Positions 51,051-63,145 of a stretch of DNA of 63,921 nucleotides are shown here, piece after piece. Position numbers and translations under genes: made by a program. This DNA comes from Dicyema japonicum (Eukaryota; Animalia; Dicyemida). The stretch is taken from positions 913,071 to 976,991 of the forward strand of contig RDEW01000003.1 in NCBI GenBank assembly GCA_011109175.1, in the 5' to 3' direction. Each line of letters starts with the position of its first letter. Position 1 is the stretch's first letter. The notes beneath the pieces are model-generated. The model ran no database searches. It had not been told where the DNA came from and saw only the letters and a list, made by a program, of their open reading frames with translations.

Positions 51051-51811
51051 TTAATATAACGTTCTTTGGTTCTGTGAAAGTGCTTTTTAATAACAATAAT
51101 ACCAGCTATTATCATAAAAATAGATTTTGTCTTTGAATTTCAAATTTTAACATTACAAACGGTCATTTTGTTAGATGTAGAATTAATTGGAGTGTAAAAA
51201 GATGAGAGATTCTCCCAATTAGCTAATTAAAATGGTATAATACTGTATTTGTTAGAAATTGAGTGTTGTTGTGGTTCGATTGTATCCTCAATTTATTTTA
51301 TATGTCCCCTGGAGCTTGTTGAGTATGAAATTGTTGATCTATAGTATCAACATAACCTGTTCTTCTACAATACTAAAATAGTCAGTGACAAGTACGGCAC
51401 CTACAAATAAAAAGGAACATTTTTATATTGGCAGGTAAAATATGCAAATTATAATAACGCGTATGATGCTACTTCTGCCTTATACACAACTGTTTTCTAT
51501 CAATAAAAAACACATCTCTGAATGTTGACGATCTTATTGCTCTTTTAAAAACACAACATCAAATCGAATATAAAGAATTCTTTTAGAGAAATGGATATCC
51601 GCCGGCCGTTGTTGATATAAATTATTTATTTGAATAGTATATAGATGAAGTTGTCCATAAAGGGAGGATATCAAATTTCGGGTTCATCAATAATCCATAA
51701 GTGAACGTTTGAGTATATTTTAATATTTTTTTAATTTTAGATCATGCGATCCAACAAGACAACAAAAATAATATTTTTCGCACTTTTATTTAATTACTTA
51801 CCTCTAAATAN

Positions 51812-52190
51812 TCCCACATCATTACTATTGGATTAACGAAGTCCTTGCAACCAAGCAGCTTCCACATTTTGTATGGAAGCAAGTCATACATGTTTTTTCT
51901 TGTCCTCCACAATTTAATTAAAAGAACTCGTCTCTTAGGAAAAAGTGTCCAAAACGTAATTGTGCTATGGTCCTCCTTGTTTCTCTGTTTAAGGTAGTCT
52001 CCGAGTCATCTATAAGTGGGGTAGGGTTATCCAGCAGATCATTCCGATTCAGTCTTCGGATTGATTTGGTAGAGATTTAGTAATGTATTGCCTTTGACTT
52101 GGTTTTATCAGGAGATGGCTGAGGAATCTTTAATAGTTTGCAAAACAGGTTTGTTACAGAAACATTTTTATTAAACAAAAATTGAGATAT
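51812..52190 (-). mobile_element. Remnant of a second R4/Dong-like copy
   Basis: 51812-51910 aligns with 32572-32670 (cccacrtcattactat, ccttgcaaccaagca, aagtcatac). Confidence 0.6.
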
Positions 52191-52433
52191 ATTAGAAAGT
52201 TATTGATTAGTTCTCCCTATATGGCCTTAACACTTCACAGGTCCCTCTTCTCCAGCTTTTTCCCAAGTCAAGCTGTCGGTCCCGGATTCCAAACGAATAT
52301 TGACATTTTTTAACAATTGAAAATAATTTTGAAAATTTTTACTTTTTATTATCTTTTAATATAAAAATATATTTTTACAGTTTTATCTAGATGAACTCAA
52401 AAAAGGTTCTCATCGCTGCTAATACCAACTCAT

Positions 52434-52520
52434 TTCGAGGCACTTGTGAGGAGAACAGAAGCCATATTGACATCTCTTAAATTCCCACAAGAAAGTCGTG
52501 CATAAAGGAAGTGCCTCGAA
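52434..52520. repeat. 12-bp perfect inverted repeat with 63-nt spacer
   Basis: TTCGAGGCACTT (52434-52445) / AAGTGCCTCGAA (52509-52520). Confidence 0.75.
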
Positions 52521-53679
52521 TCTCGGGACGCAAAACCGTTAGAGGTGAGCATACACACTAATGATTTCAAGAATCTCTGATTTCTCCGTCAATTGCATTC
52601 TCAATTTCGCTATCACTCCTTTACCAATCATTAAGTATTATTATTAAAAGCACGTTCCCAGAAGCAAAGCATGTTATATAACTGTGGCCACGATTTAAGA
52701 TCTTCATTCATTAAGCTTTACAAACAAAATTGAAAAATAATGTTAAAATCGCAAAAGCTAGATTTTCTTGTATCAGGATATATGTTTTCGAAATTCCAAC
52801 AATTCAAAATTTATATTATAAATTAGTTTTTCAAAAGTACTTCTCTGTCAGCTGTCAGTCGTCAGGGGAAACAGTCGCTCAATTATCTCAATTGTATTAT
52901 TATGATTTTAAAGATGTAAATTGCTTTATATTTAAAAATTCTTAAATTTGTATGTCTTTTTTTTGTGTTCAGCTATTCCTTGATATCGATTTTTTATGCA
53001 TGAGCGATTTTCNTTCAAAATTTATATTATAAATTAGTTTTTCAAAGTTACTTCTCTGTCAGTCGTCAGGGGAAACAGTCGCTCAATTATCTCAATTGTA
53101 TTATTATGATTTTAAAGATGTAAATTGCTTTATATTTAAAAATTCTTAAATTTGTATGTCTTTTTTTGTGTTCAGCTATTCCTTGATATCGATTTTTTAT
53201 GCATGAGCGATTTTCTGAGGTTCAAAAATAAGGTTTATAATAGTCTTTTTAATATCAAATCGAAATTAGAACATGAGTACAAACAGGTCTTCAATTTTGA
53301 AGAAATAAAAATTTTGATTTATGCTAAAATATGATTTTGCAGATCAATTTGAGGTTATGGACCTACAAAATTAAGTCCCCGAGTTGAAAGAGGTCAGAAC
53401 ATGAGTACAAACAGGTCTTCAATTTTGAAGAAATAAAAATTTTGATTTATGCTAAAATATGATTTTGCAGATCAATTTGAAGTTATGGACCTACAAAATT
53501 AAGTCCCCGAGTTGAAAGAGGTCAAAATTATATTTTCATATAACATTTTAATGATATTCTAGAGATCAAATCGATATGTCTATAAAATTTTACTCATTAA
53601 TTGAAAAAAAATAATTATAATACAAAAGCTAACAGTTAGCAACTGCTGGATGCTTTCATAATTGAAAACGCATTTTCCC

Positions 53680-54365
53680 TTACGATTTGCAAGGAAATGC
53701 GCTCAATGAGCCAGCTCCTCTCTCCTATCGTTTTTCTGTTTTGCGATGAGCGAGCCGATCCAGTTTAGCAGCGTCATTGACCTGCTTCCAATTATTCCGG
53801 TCGTTGAGAGGTTGGAAAGAGAGAGAATATCGACACAGGTGGCGTCTTAGGCGAGGTACTTACCACTCTCCCATAAGAATAGAGTGGTTCCGTCCGGTCN
53901 ATTTGCAAGGAAATGCGCTCAATGAGCCAGCTCCTCTCTCCTATCGTTTTCTGTTTTGCGATGAGCGAGCCGATCCAGTTTAGCAGCGTCATTGACCTGC
54001 TTCCAATTATTCCGGTCGTTGAGAGGTTGGAAAGAGAGAGAATATCGACACAGGTGGCGTCTTAGGCGAGGTACTTACCACTCTCCCATAAGAATATAGT
54101 GGTTCCGTCCGGTCTTCGGTTGGCTCGAGCAAGTCCAAGAGGCTCTAATTGGACAGGAAATTTGGCCGTTTCAATTTCCCAAGGAATGACTCCATTGATA
54201 GCTGCGTGTCTACGACTCCTTCCAGCACTCCTCTGGCAGGAGAGAGCTTGAAGAATTTTCGCGTCGACCATTCCTTCACATCTACACCGATGGATCGTGC
54301 AAGCATCCATTCCGAGGCAGACGGAAACTTCAATCCTAGTCACGTCGTCATCCAGTATTCAATGC
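53680..54365 (-). mobile_element. CRE-like C-terminal fragment, duplicated across N53900
   Basis: CRCEGMVD..ALSCQRSAGRSRRHAAIN..LEPLGLAR..RRPDGTT..W..ERSWLIERISLQ. Confidence 0.75.
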
Positions 54366-55374
54366 TCGTTTCTCCACTCATAAAACTGTACTCTGCTTTA
54401 GAAAATTATTGAATGTAAAGCCTAGTAAAAAGACGCCCGTAGACCAGAAAGGTCGAGATGCTTTAATCCGATCAGTAGGCTAAGAGAACAACTTACTGGA
54501 TGACGGACATTGTAAGTTTTACTTCCAACCTAAATCCATTCGTTTTTCTTTCGGTTAAGTTGTGAAAGAACCTCATATGGTAACTTCCCGAGATAAATAA
54601 TATCCGTAATATCGTTTATATTCGTCGGTGTAAATCAATTTATCTTTTAAGCTTCGCAATCTGTTTGAGTAATCGGACACTTTGGTTTAGATTTCACTAA
54701 GTTCATAAGGGTTGCTACGGAATTAAAAATATGGAATTTATTATCGAAGACTTTCGTTACTAAAGGCCATCTACCTAGAGGTGGTTCTCCAAATCTTGGC
54801 TAGATAGTCGGAAAACTTTCGATGCCCACTCAAGTTTGTCCTCCTTATTCACCTGGTCGATAGTCACCTGGAGAGATATGATATTTACTCTGCTCTCCGA
54901 TCGAAAAATTGGATTGGGAAATCTTGCATCAATTTCCCGTATGCCAAATAACCCGTGCACCACTCCGCCTACGTTGTCATTGTTCTGTCTATCGGATTCA
55001 TTCGTAAATAGGTCCATAGATAATGTTCCACTCTGATTAGTAAAAACAATCGTGTCCACCACCTCAAGAATTATTTAATTTTTTAAATAAATATCTAAAA
55101 AAAGAAATTTTATTTTAATAAACAAAAAAGTTATTTGGTATGGCGAGGTTCCAATATGGCCTGCAGGCATTGAAGGGAGTTACCTCTAATGAATTTGAAA
55201 TTTCAGCGTGGCGGCATGCAGTTCACCTGTTGTTGTGGTGGCGCCCGGTGCAAGTTGTGCACTAAAGAAAACCGTTAGAACTTCTCCACCCCTCTACGTC
55301 ATTTGGAAGGATGGCCTAGCAACATCAATTTGCTACTCCAGGCTGGCGACATCAATCCTAACCCGGGATTTGAT

Positions 55375-57225
55375 TCCACGCTGGTCATTTTCAAACTCAA
55401 TGTCAATTGAATCCGTAACAAAGTTCTTGAGCTACGTTCCATTTTGGACCGTCTGAAAGTGGACATTGCCATTATTCAGGAGTCTAAACTCTCCACGTCA
55501 GCCGCCACCCCACGTTTCCCTGGCTACAATATACTCCGATAGGATCGGACAAGAAGTCTCGGTGGAGGATTATTGACGTATGTCAGGGAGGGTCTTTTGT
55601 TCACCAATGTCACTCCGTTTATATCTTCTCTTTACGAAGGAGATCCTATTCTGGAACAAATTTCTATCGAATTTCCGTTCTCACCTTCAAGACGTTATAC
55701 ACTGTAATAATTATATTCCACCTTAGAGTTCGTAAACTTCGCTTATTCCAAAATATGTTCCTATAACTTATCGAAACTTTTTGAACAGAAAGATCTGGTA
55801 TTATGCGGCGACATAAATACCAAACATAAACTTTGGATCAGGACACAATTAGCCGACAGTCGCGGCGAGTACATCCTATCCTTACTTAATGATTTGACTA
55901 TCCTCAATGACCCGGAGGCTCACACAAGGACCCTGACCCGCAGAAGGGACAGTCCAACATCCCCGGACCTCTCTCTTTGCTCTCCTTTTATGGTTCGATG
56001 TATTTCTTGGAATGTTCGTTTTGGTTTCTCAAGCGACCATAACTCATTGTGTTGAGACTTAGAAGTCCTGTTTGTTCACTGTGTTGTTCTACAAAGTTCA
56101 AAAATTATTTGAAGGCTGACTGTCGAGGTTTCATGGCTTATGTGGACAATAGTCTGCTTGACTTTACAATGGTTAATTGTACATTAGAGAAGACGGCCAA
56201 GATTCTGTCTGCTATCATTTTGAAAGCTGATAAACTATATATACCTGTCGCCTCTTACAAGAAGTTCAATCCAAGATTATCATCGCAAATTATGTCAGTC
56301 ATCAAGAAACGAGATGCGCCGAAGAGAAAAAAACGAGCTTGATTCTGTTCAGAGGAGACTCCTAACGCAAAAGATTTTTAATTCCAACTTACATCCGAAC
56401 ATCAAGTTTTGGCTGGAAAATTTCTTAACTGGGCAACGCGGAAGGGTCCGGATTGACAAAACCACTTCAAAATCAAGACTATTCCCCAATGGGGTCCCGC
56501 AAGGCTCCCCTCTGTCTCCTCTCTTATTTAACTTATTTCTACATGATTTACATACTATCAATGATCAGGACACCATGTATTTATCTTATGCGGACGACTT
56601 AATTATTGCTGCAAGGGACAAATCTCCCTCCATGGCTGTGGCGGTGGTGTAGTCACATCTCAACCAGGTGTGTGACTGGCTATCTATGAATTTTCGGTCT
56701 ATGTCTGCATCCAAGTTCACGCTATTTACTACGGACAGAAGATTTAAATGTGGACTTGAGGTATTTTTCGGAAAGATTCCCATCTTTTTTACACGAATTC
56801 AGAAGATCCTTGGAGTAAGTTTCGACTCTCTGATGACGCTTGCCAGTCATACGGAGGAGATGTTAACCATGGGTCTTCGAAAATGAAACGTCATAAAAGC
56901 AATCGTATAGAAGAGCCACTTCTCTCCCACTGCTTGTATCAGCAAAGTATCTCTTCAAGTTATTGCACCGACGATTGAATATGTCTGTTCTGCCTGGAGA
57001 TTCGCCATTTCTACTACGAGGGTGGAGCGTGTGAATTCTCTCAGACGTAAGATCTTGACGCACATACAATCAGAATCCACATCCGTCCCCAGTCTGCTTT
57101 CAGATGAGGCGACGGTGAGAAATGGCCAGGGTTTCCTACGTTTTTGCAAAAAACTGGGAAACCCATTCAAGGAAAAGGTGGCCCATGCAGAGGAATTTCG
57201 GTCGGTTATAAAAAAAGTGGTTTGA
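55375..57225 (+). mobile_element. Degenerate I/Jockey-like LINE ORF2 (APE plus internally deleted RT)
   Basis: KLNVN.IRNK..DIAIIQESKL, GGGLLTYV, LCGDIN.KH..W, SDH, GVPQGSPLSPLLFNL, SYADDL and KILGVSFD. Confidence 0.82.
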
Positions 57226-57226
57226 A

Positions 57227-57424
57227 GAGTGACGCCGTCATCAGTGGATACTCACTGCGAACTGGATTGTCTAGAAAGGACCCACACACAAGATAAAGAA
57301 TAAAAGAAGTGAAGATCATTCCTTGGTTCTACGATTAGTTAAAATTAACTGTTCTTTACTTAAATAAATTGTGTGTCCTGCCTACAAACATTATGGCTTT
57401 CGTGAAAAGGCACTTATTATTATA
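57227..57424 (+). mobile_element. SINE family A, 5'-truncated
   Basis: gagtgacgccgtcatcagtg..ctcactgcg..aactgttctttacttaaataa..tcgtgaaaaggc(tta)n. Confidence 0.75.
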
Positions 57425-57659
57425 AAAAAGTGCACACCAATTGAATTCCTATGCAGAAGGAAGAGAATGCGCTTACGGAATGCGGTTGGGTCATCAGAAG
57501 ACCAGACGACGAGCTTATGCAATTTCTACAAGGCATATGGAGACTCCCTCTTGTAAATGTTCTAGTTGGATCAAAGGCGGAGGCTACTTCGCTTGTCCGA
57601 CATGGTTTCAACATTTCTGACTAACCAATAACATGCGAATAGCACAGAAAAGGTCCACT

Positions 57660-58700
57660 GAGGTGTTTAAACCGCAAACGCTATGGACACATATTTTCTT
57701 TGTAAGAGAGATGTCTCAGTTGCGTAAGGGAACACGACCTGACTGCGTGTGGAGAGACTCCATAGATCACAATGAATTGCATAAATTGTGAATCGTCCTC
57801 AAATTTAGCTAGATATGGTGGATGTCCCAGCCACCAAAAAGTCTGATCATAAGAGATTAACGTAAAACTATGGACAGCTGATAATAAACGATATTAGGAG
57901 AATGTAGACAGCAAAGAAGTTACGTCAAAGACGTCACCAAAAATTAGTCGAAAATCGAATGAAGTCCCACCCAATCTATCAGAGAAGGTTTATACGGAAA
58001 CATCAAAAATTATGTCACAGCTTAACTATCTGTGTGCGATTACACAGATGGATTTAATGGAGATAGTAAGCTTGAATTTGAAAAAGCAAGGTCACCAAAA
58101 TGTTGAAACAAGGACTTAAAATAGTGCTAGTGAATACCCGATCCCTAAGGAAAAAACATAATGAATAGCACTACTTGCCAAGGGCTCCAAGATCGATATC
58201 TATGTAGTCAATGAGATGAAATAAAGAAATCGAAGTGTAATAAATTGACGGGATACAATTCTGTGGACATTTTATGAAAGGTTTGAGCAGTTGCTGTAGG
58301 GGAACGACTATTTTCTTCCGCGACTGCCTCAGAATTCGTAATCCAAAAGTCTTTTGTCATTTATTGTGTGATTTTGTAATCATGGACGTTGTTGCGTGGG
58401 AATATGCATTACTGTTGGAGGTCTATACTCCAAGAATCTTGAGATTTGTTCTACAGATATCTCTGAGTTCTACAAGAATCCCTATACCATCTTAATTGGC
58501 GACCTTAATTCGAAGAATACTAGTTCTGGTTTGTGAAGACAAATCAGGATGGACGGCGTTTATAATTATTGTCTGATTCACGTGGCTTTGTGATCTCTTC
58601 ATCAGATGACCGAAATCATTTTTCATATCATATTGAGAACAAACTTGGCGGATTCCTAGTATCGCCAGCTAATGTCCAAAACTATAGTTTTCTTGAGGTT
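57660..58700 (+). mobile_element. Degenerate LINE ORF1 zinc knuckles plus APE
   Basis: C..C...YGH, CLSC..EH and NCINC..GGCP, then LKIVLVNTRSL and LIGDLNSK. Confidence 0.6.
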
Positions 58701-59079
58701 CAACATATCACATTTAGATTGAGGTCACTTAGGGATTTTGATGTCTAATAATGGAAAAATTAAACGGACCGATATGAAAGGCTGAGGGTGAGAAGATTCA
58801 TGTAAAAAATCCCTATTTTTGGAAATACTATCGGAAGATAATGTGTCCGAAGTTGGGGGCAGAAAAAAATTATATAAAATAAACCAGATGGGGGCATATG
58901 CATGACGAAGAAAACACCTTCGATATTCAGGGATCAGATAAAATCCCTATTTTTAAAAATACTATCGGAAGATAATGTGTCCGAAGTTGGGGGCAGAAAA
59001 AAATTATATAAAATAAACCAGATGGGGGCATATGCATGACGAAAAAAACACTTTCGATATTCAGGGATCAGTTCAAAAA

Positions 59080-59500
59080 AATTCAGGGTGTTGATCCGTC
59101 GAGTTTGACACCAAATGACAAAATAAATTGTGCCAATACATTTAAATACTCCGACGAGGAATATTCTCAAGAAATTTGGACGCCTGACTCTCTCAGAAGC
59201 AATTGTGTTCATATAATCGATTTCCTGTGCCAATACAATTAAATACTGCGACGAGGAATATACTCAAGATATTTGGACGCCTGACTCTCTCAGAAGCAAT
59301 TGTGTTCATATAATCGATTTTCTTGAATATCTTGAGAAAGAACTCAGTGACAATTATTTTGACAGGGATCAAAACTAAATAAATTAATTGGGATAATGCT
59401 CATGTCATTCATAAATCTAAGGAATCCTATCAGTTCTTTAACACCTATCATATTCGATTCATTTCCTCATCATTTCTTAAATGAAAATAGTCTTTCCGAG
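59080..59500 (+). mobile_element. Possible Tc1/IS630-like transposase remnant
   Basis: YSDE, IDFLEYLEKEL and WDNAHVIHKSK in broken frames. Confidence 0.3.
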
Positions 59501-60792
59501 TCAAGAGAAGAGATGTTTGATTCAGTTGGCCAACCAGGATATTATTTAAATCATAATAAATTTGAATTAATTAACATCGATTTATAATTCCGAAAAAAGA
59601 ACCGATAAGTTAGTAAAATGTTAGTAAACTCCGCAAGTACCCATTACATTGAACCTGTCCGCAATGGCACTGCAGACTGAAATAAAATTATTAATTACAT
59701 GTTTTAGATGTCTGCGTGCTNCAGTTGGCCAACCAGGATATTATTTAAATCATAATAAATTTGAATTAATTAACATCAATTTATAATTCCGAAAAAAGAA
59801 CCGATAAGTTAGTAAAATGTTAGTAAACTCCGCAAGTACCCATTACATTGAACCTGTCCACAATGGCACTGCAGACTGAAATAACATTATTAATTACATG
59901 TTTCACATGTCTGCGTGCTGCTTCGAATAAAATTAAAACCTTCCATTGTATATAGGTTATTATTTTTGAGAACTAATGAACTACCATTTGTTTTTTTATG
60001 TCTATATTAAATATACTATCATACGCCTCTAGATTATCGAATGTACCCCTGCACACGATGGGACTATATTATTAATATTATTATTAAAAATACACATCTA
60101 ATTCAATCTCTTTGGAACTGGTTTTAAATGTTTGAGCAACTTTTATTCTGTTTGGAAAGTGACTACATAAATAAAAAAAACGTACAGGCGGATAAGTGAT
60201 GTTAAATGTACAGCAAAATCGATCGCGATGTATATCAGGGAATTGCATGTTTTCAAATTCCTATTAATTTAAAAATATATATAACAAGGTATCAATGGTA
60301 GCTGGAAAAGTAAGTTTGATTACATATATCAAACTTTCATCTTCCCAACAGAAACTATAATAAGTAATATTCAATACAAAACAATCACATTCAGTTCAAT
60401 GATAGAAAAATTGACACCAGGTACCAATGTAATGTTTTGAATTAATAAATCCAATATTCGAGAATCATATTTTAGGCCAGAATATATACAACTAAACAAA
60501 TTTCTTAATAATTAATATGTAATACAGAGTTTCACGATCTACTACCACTTCTTGACAATTTTTTTGTGTCAAAACGCAGAATGCAAGGTCTATGATAATG
60601 AATTTGAACATCTATAAGATAAAATACCAAAATGATGAATATAATAGTAACCACAAGAAAATAAAATTATTACATAAATTACTGAAGTTATAATTAATAA
60701 TAATTTTATTAAATAAACTATTTAATTAATAAATAAAATTAAAAAATAATTTAATAAAATTCATTTAATAAACGGGGTTTTCCGATTTGTGT

Positions 60793-60918
60793 AATAACTT
60801 TACCATAAAGTTTGATAAATTTGCCAAAATTTCTAATAAATTTTCCAAAATGTTTAATAACTTTGTCAAAATGTTTAAAAAATGTGTCATAAAGTTTAAT
60901 AACTTTTTGAATAATGTT
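60793..60918. repeat. Six-unit 21-bp degenerate tandem repeat
   Basis: Units such as AATAACTTTGTCAAAATGTTT at exact 21-bp spacing with no indels. Confidence 0.85.
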
Positions 60919-61019
60919 AATTATAAACTGCGTATAAATCATTTTTAAGTGAATTCTGAAAAAGGACTATAAATGTAGCTATACAAGGACAGTTTAAGGA
61001 TTATACGGGTACTATTTTC

Positions 61020-61930
61020 AAACACGGAATTCGAAGTCTGTGTTGTTTCATTGCGCACTGCAAATGTAAAACGCACATTGTCACTCCAGAAGCTTATTTA
61101 TTATAATCAATTCTCTGTTGTTTATTTGAAGCTATTCTTCATTATCCAAAATTGTCCTATTTCTATCTAGGAATTAAGATATGCGCATGACCTGATTTTG
61201 TTTTCGAGGACATCAATGATTGTTCTTAAACATGCTTTTGTTAAGAGAGTTGTCCCTTAAATGAACGAACAAAAAACAGACTTATTACATCAAATGGGAA
61301 TGATGAGATTTAGACGATATCAAAAAATCAGGTTTTTCCATGACGATTGGAAAAAGTTCAACAAAGAGAGATTTTCTCAACAATAGCACTGAATAGACAA
61401 AAATCGGTATTTCTGAGATTGTTCATGTTACAAGACAAGTAAAAGTACGACTATACAATACTTTCGTTTTTTCCAAACTGCTCTACATCTCGGGAACGTG
61501 GGAACTAACTCGGACATGTGTTGATAACCTGAATGCTATCCAAAGAAAACAACTAAGTACTCTACTTTGTATACACTATCCAATCGTGATAAAAAGCGAA
61601 ACTTATACACAGCTTGCTAGTCGGAGCATCTGGAAAAAATTATTACAAGAACTTCGATCTAAAACATGCTAAAATAGCATTAGTAGACGCTAATGATAAA
61701 AAAAAGTTTCCGANGAACGTGGGAACTAACTCGGACATGTGTTGATAACCTGAATGCTATCCAAAGAAAACAACTAAGTACTCTACCTCGTATACACTAT
61801 CCAATCGTGATAAAAAGCGAAACTTATACACAGCTTGCTAGTCGGAGCATCTGGAAAAAATTATTACAAGAACTTCGATCTAAAACATGCTAAAATAGCA
61901 TTAGTAGACGCTAATGATAAAAAAAGTTTC
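61020..61930 (+). mobile_element. Degenerate RTE-like RT fragment, 3' part duplicated across N61714
   Basis: LRYAHDLILFS and RLYNTFVFSKLLYISGTW, similar to the element at 49640-51050. Confidence 0.55.
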
Positions 61931-62569
61931 CGAAAATCATAATCTTGTAAGAGCGTGGAGATGTCTAGCAGACCGGATTATCTGAGGGTGGTTCTTTGAC
62001 AATTGAATCATAGGAGAAAGCCCTGAGAATGTCTGTTAAAGTAACTACAATTTCCCTACCGTAAAATAAGGTCATATTTTAATTTGACAGTAAAATTAGG
62101 TCAACCCTTGAAGTGATCATACATGATATTTGATGACAATAGATACATTGGTGTCATACTTTTATTCGGAACCAAATGTGGATGCCATTAGTGGATACTG
62201 TCCTTAATCTTTTTCTTTGTAACTATCAGGAACCGTGGAGGTATAGACATATTCCTTAATGATCCGGATGGCCGAACTAAATAACTGTTTTTAAAAAAGA
62301 AAGAGTTCCCTGAGAGCAATGAGAATGGAAGAAAACTTGTCTTAAACGACTAGCAGTTATTCATCAACTGCTTAGTTGAGTTCTATCCATGTGACGAAAT
62401 TGGGAATTTTCTGACGATGAATATAATAATAGCATTCTCGTTCGTTCTCTGTACTGTTGCTATACTGTTATGATGAAAAACTCGAATAATAAAAATGGAA
62501 ACGTCTCAGTTGTGCTTAATGTTAAAAATTAAACCCTTGGAATTATCAAGGTTGCAAATATAATCTCTG

Positions 62570-63145
62570 ACTTGGATTCCGCGGCTGTGGCCAGAGTGAC
62601 CCGACGTTTTACGGGGAATTTGTATTCTGCTTTAACTACCCATAAGATGCTAGCTTATTTAAATAGATCTCAATGCAAAGTTGCCTTTGGGGATAATAAA
62701 CACAAACTTACAATAACTAAGTTGCCACCTTCGCAAATTGGATTAAACAATTTACCAACGTGGATAGAACATGAGGAGCTTAATGAATTTTTAGCTACTA
62801 TCAGAGTTAAATATTAAACGATTTGAAAAACGTGGAGAAAGATTACCTTTGGCAAAACTAATAATAGAAAACCGTGGAGAAGTGCTCTCTTTGGAGAACT
62901 TGGAATTAAAATTTGTTTCTCACAAGTCAGCTGAATGGTTTAAAAAACCTGAAATCAAATGCGTTCGCTACCAGTTATTCTTCATATTGCGCGTTTCTGT
63001 AAAATGTTGAAAGATGTTTGATTTGCTCAGGAAACCACAGATGGTCGGAGTGTCAATTTGACTTAAAGAATAGTAAAATTTCATAAACTGTGGATCAACT
63101 GACCACATGGCTAACTACGGAGGTTGCTCTTGTGCAAAAGCAGCT
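62570..63145 (+). mobile_element. LINE ORF1 (gag-like zinc knuckles) remnant
   Basis: KC.RYQ.F.HIARFC, CLICSGNH and INCGSTDHMANYGGC. Confidence 0.55.

Noticed and set aside
54420-55062. 95-aa minus-strand ORF as a host gene
   Set aside because: No recognisable family. Downstream broken frames look like decayed RT, as do 46300-46420, 48250-48600 and 63530-63921, which are too weak to annotate.
48455-59330. N-free two-unit tandem duplications (48455-48625, 53276-53522, 58802-59070, 59160-59330)
   Set aside because: They lie in the poorly assembled part of the window and differ by only a few bases. They cannot be distinguished from merged alleles without reads.
46806-61930. Near-identical tandem duplications around single Ns (47271, 47429, 49308, 53013, 53900, 59721, 61714; N51811 has no obvious duplicate)
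   Set aside because: The pattern fits overlapping contig ends or haplotypes joined by a 1-N gap. Not treated as biological repeats.
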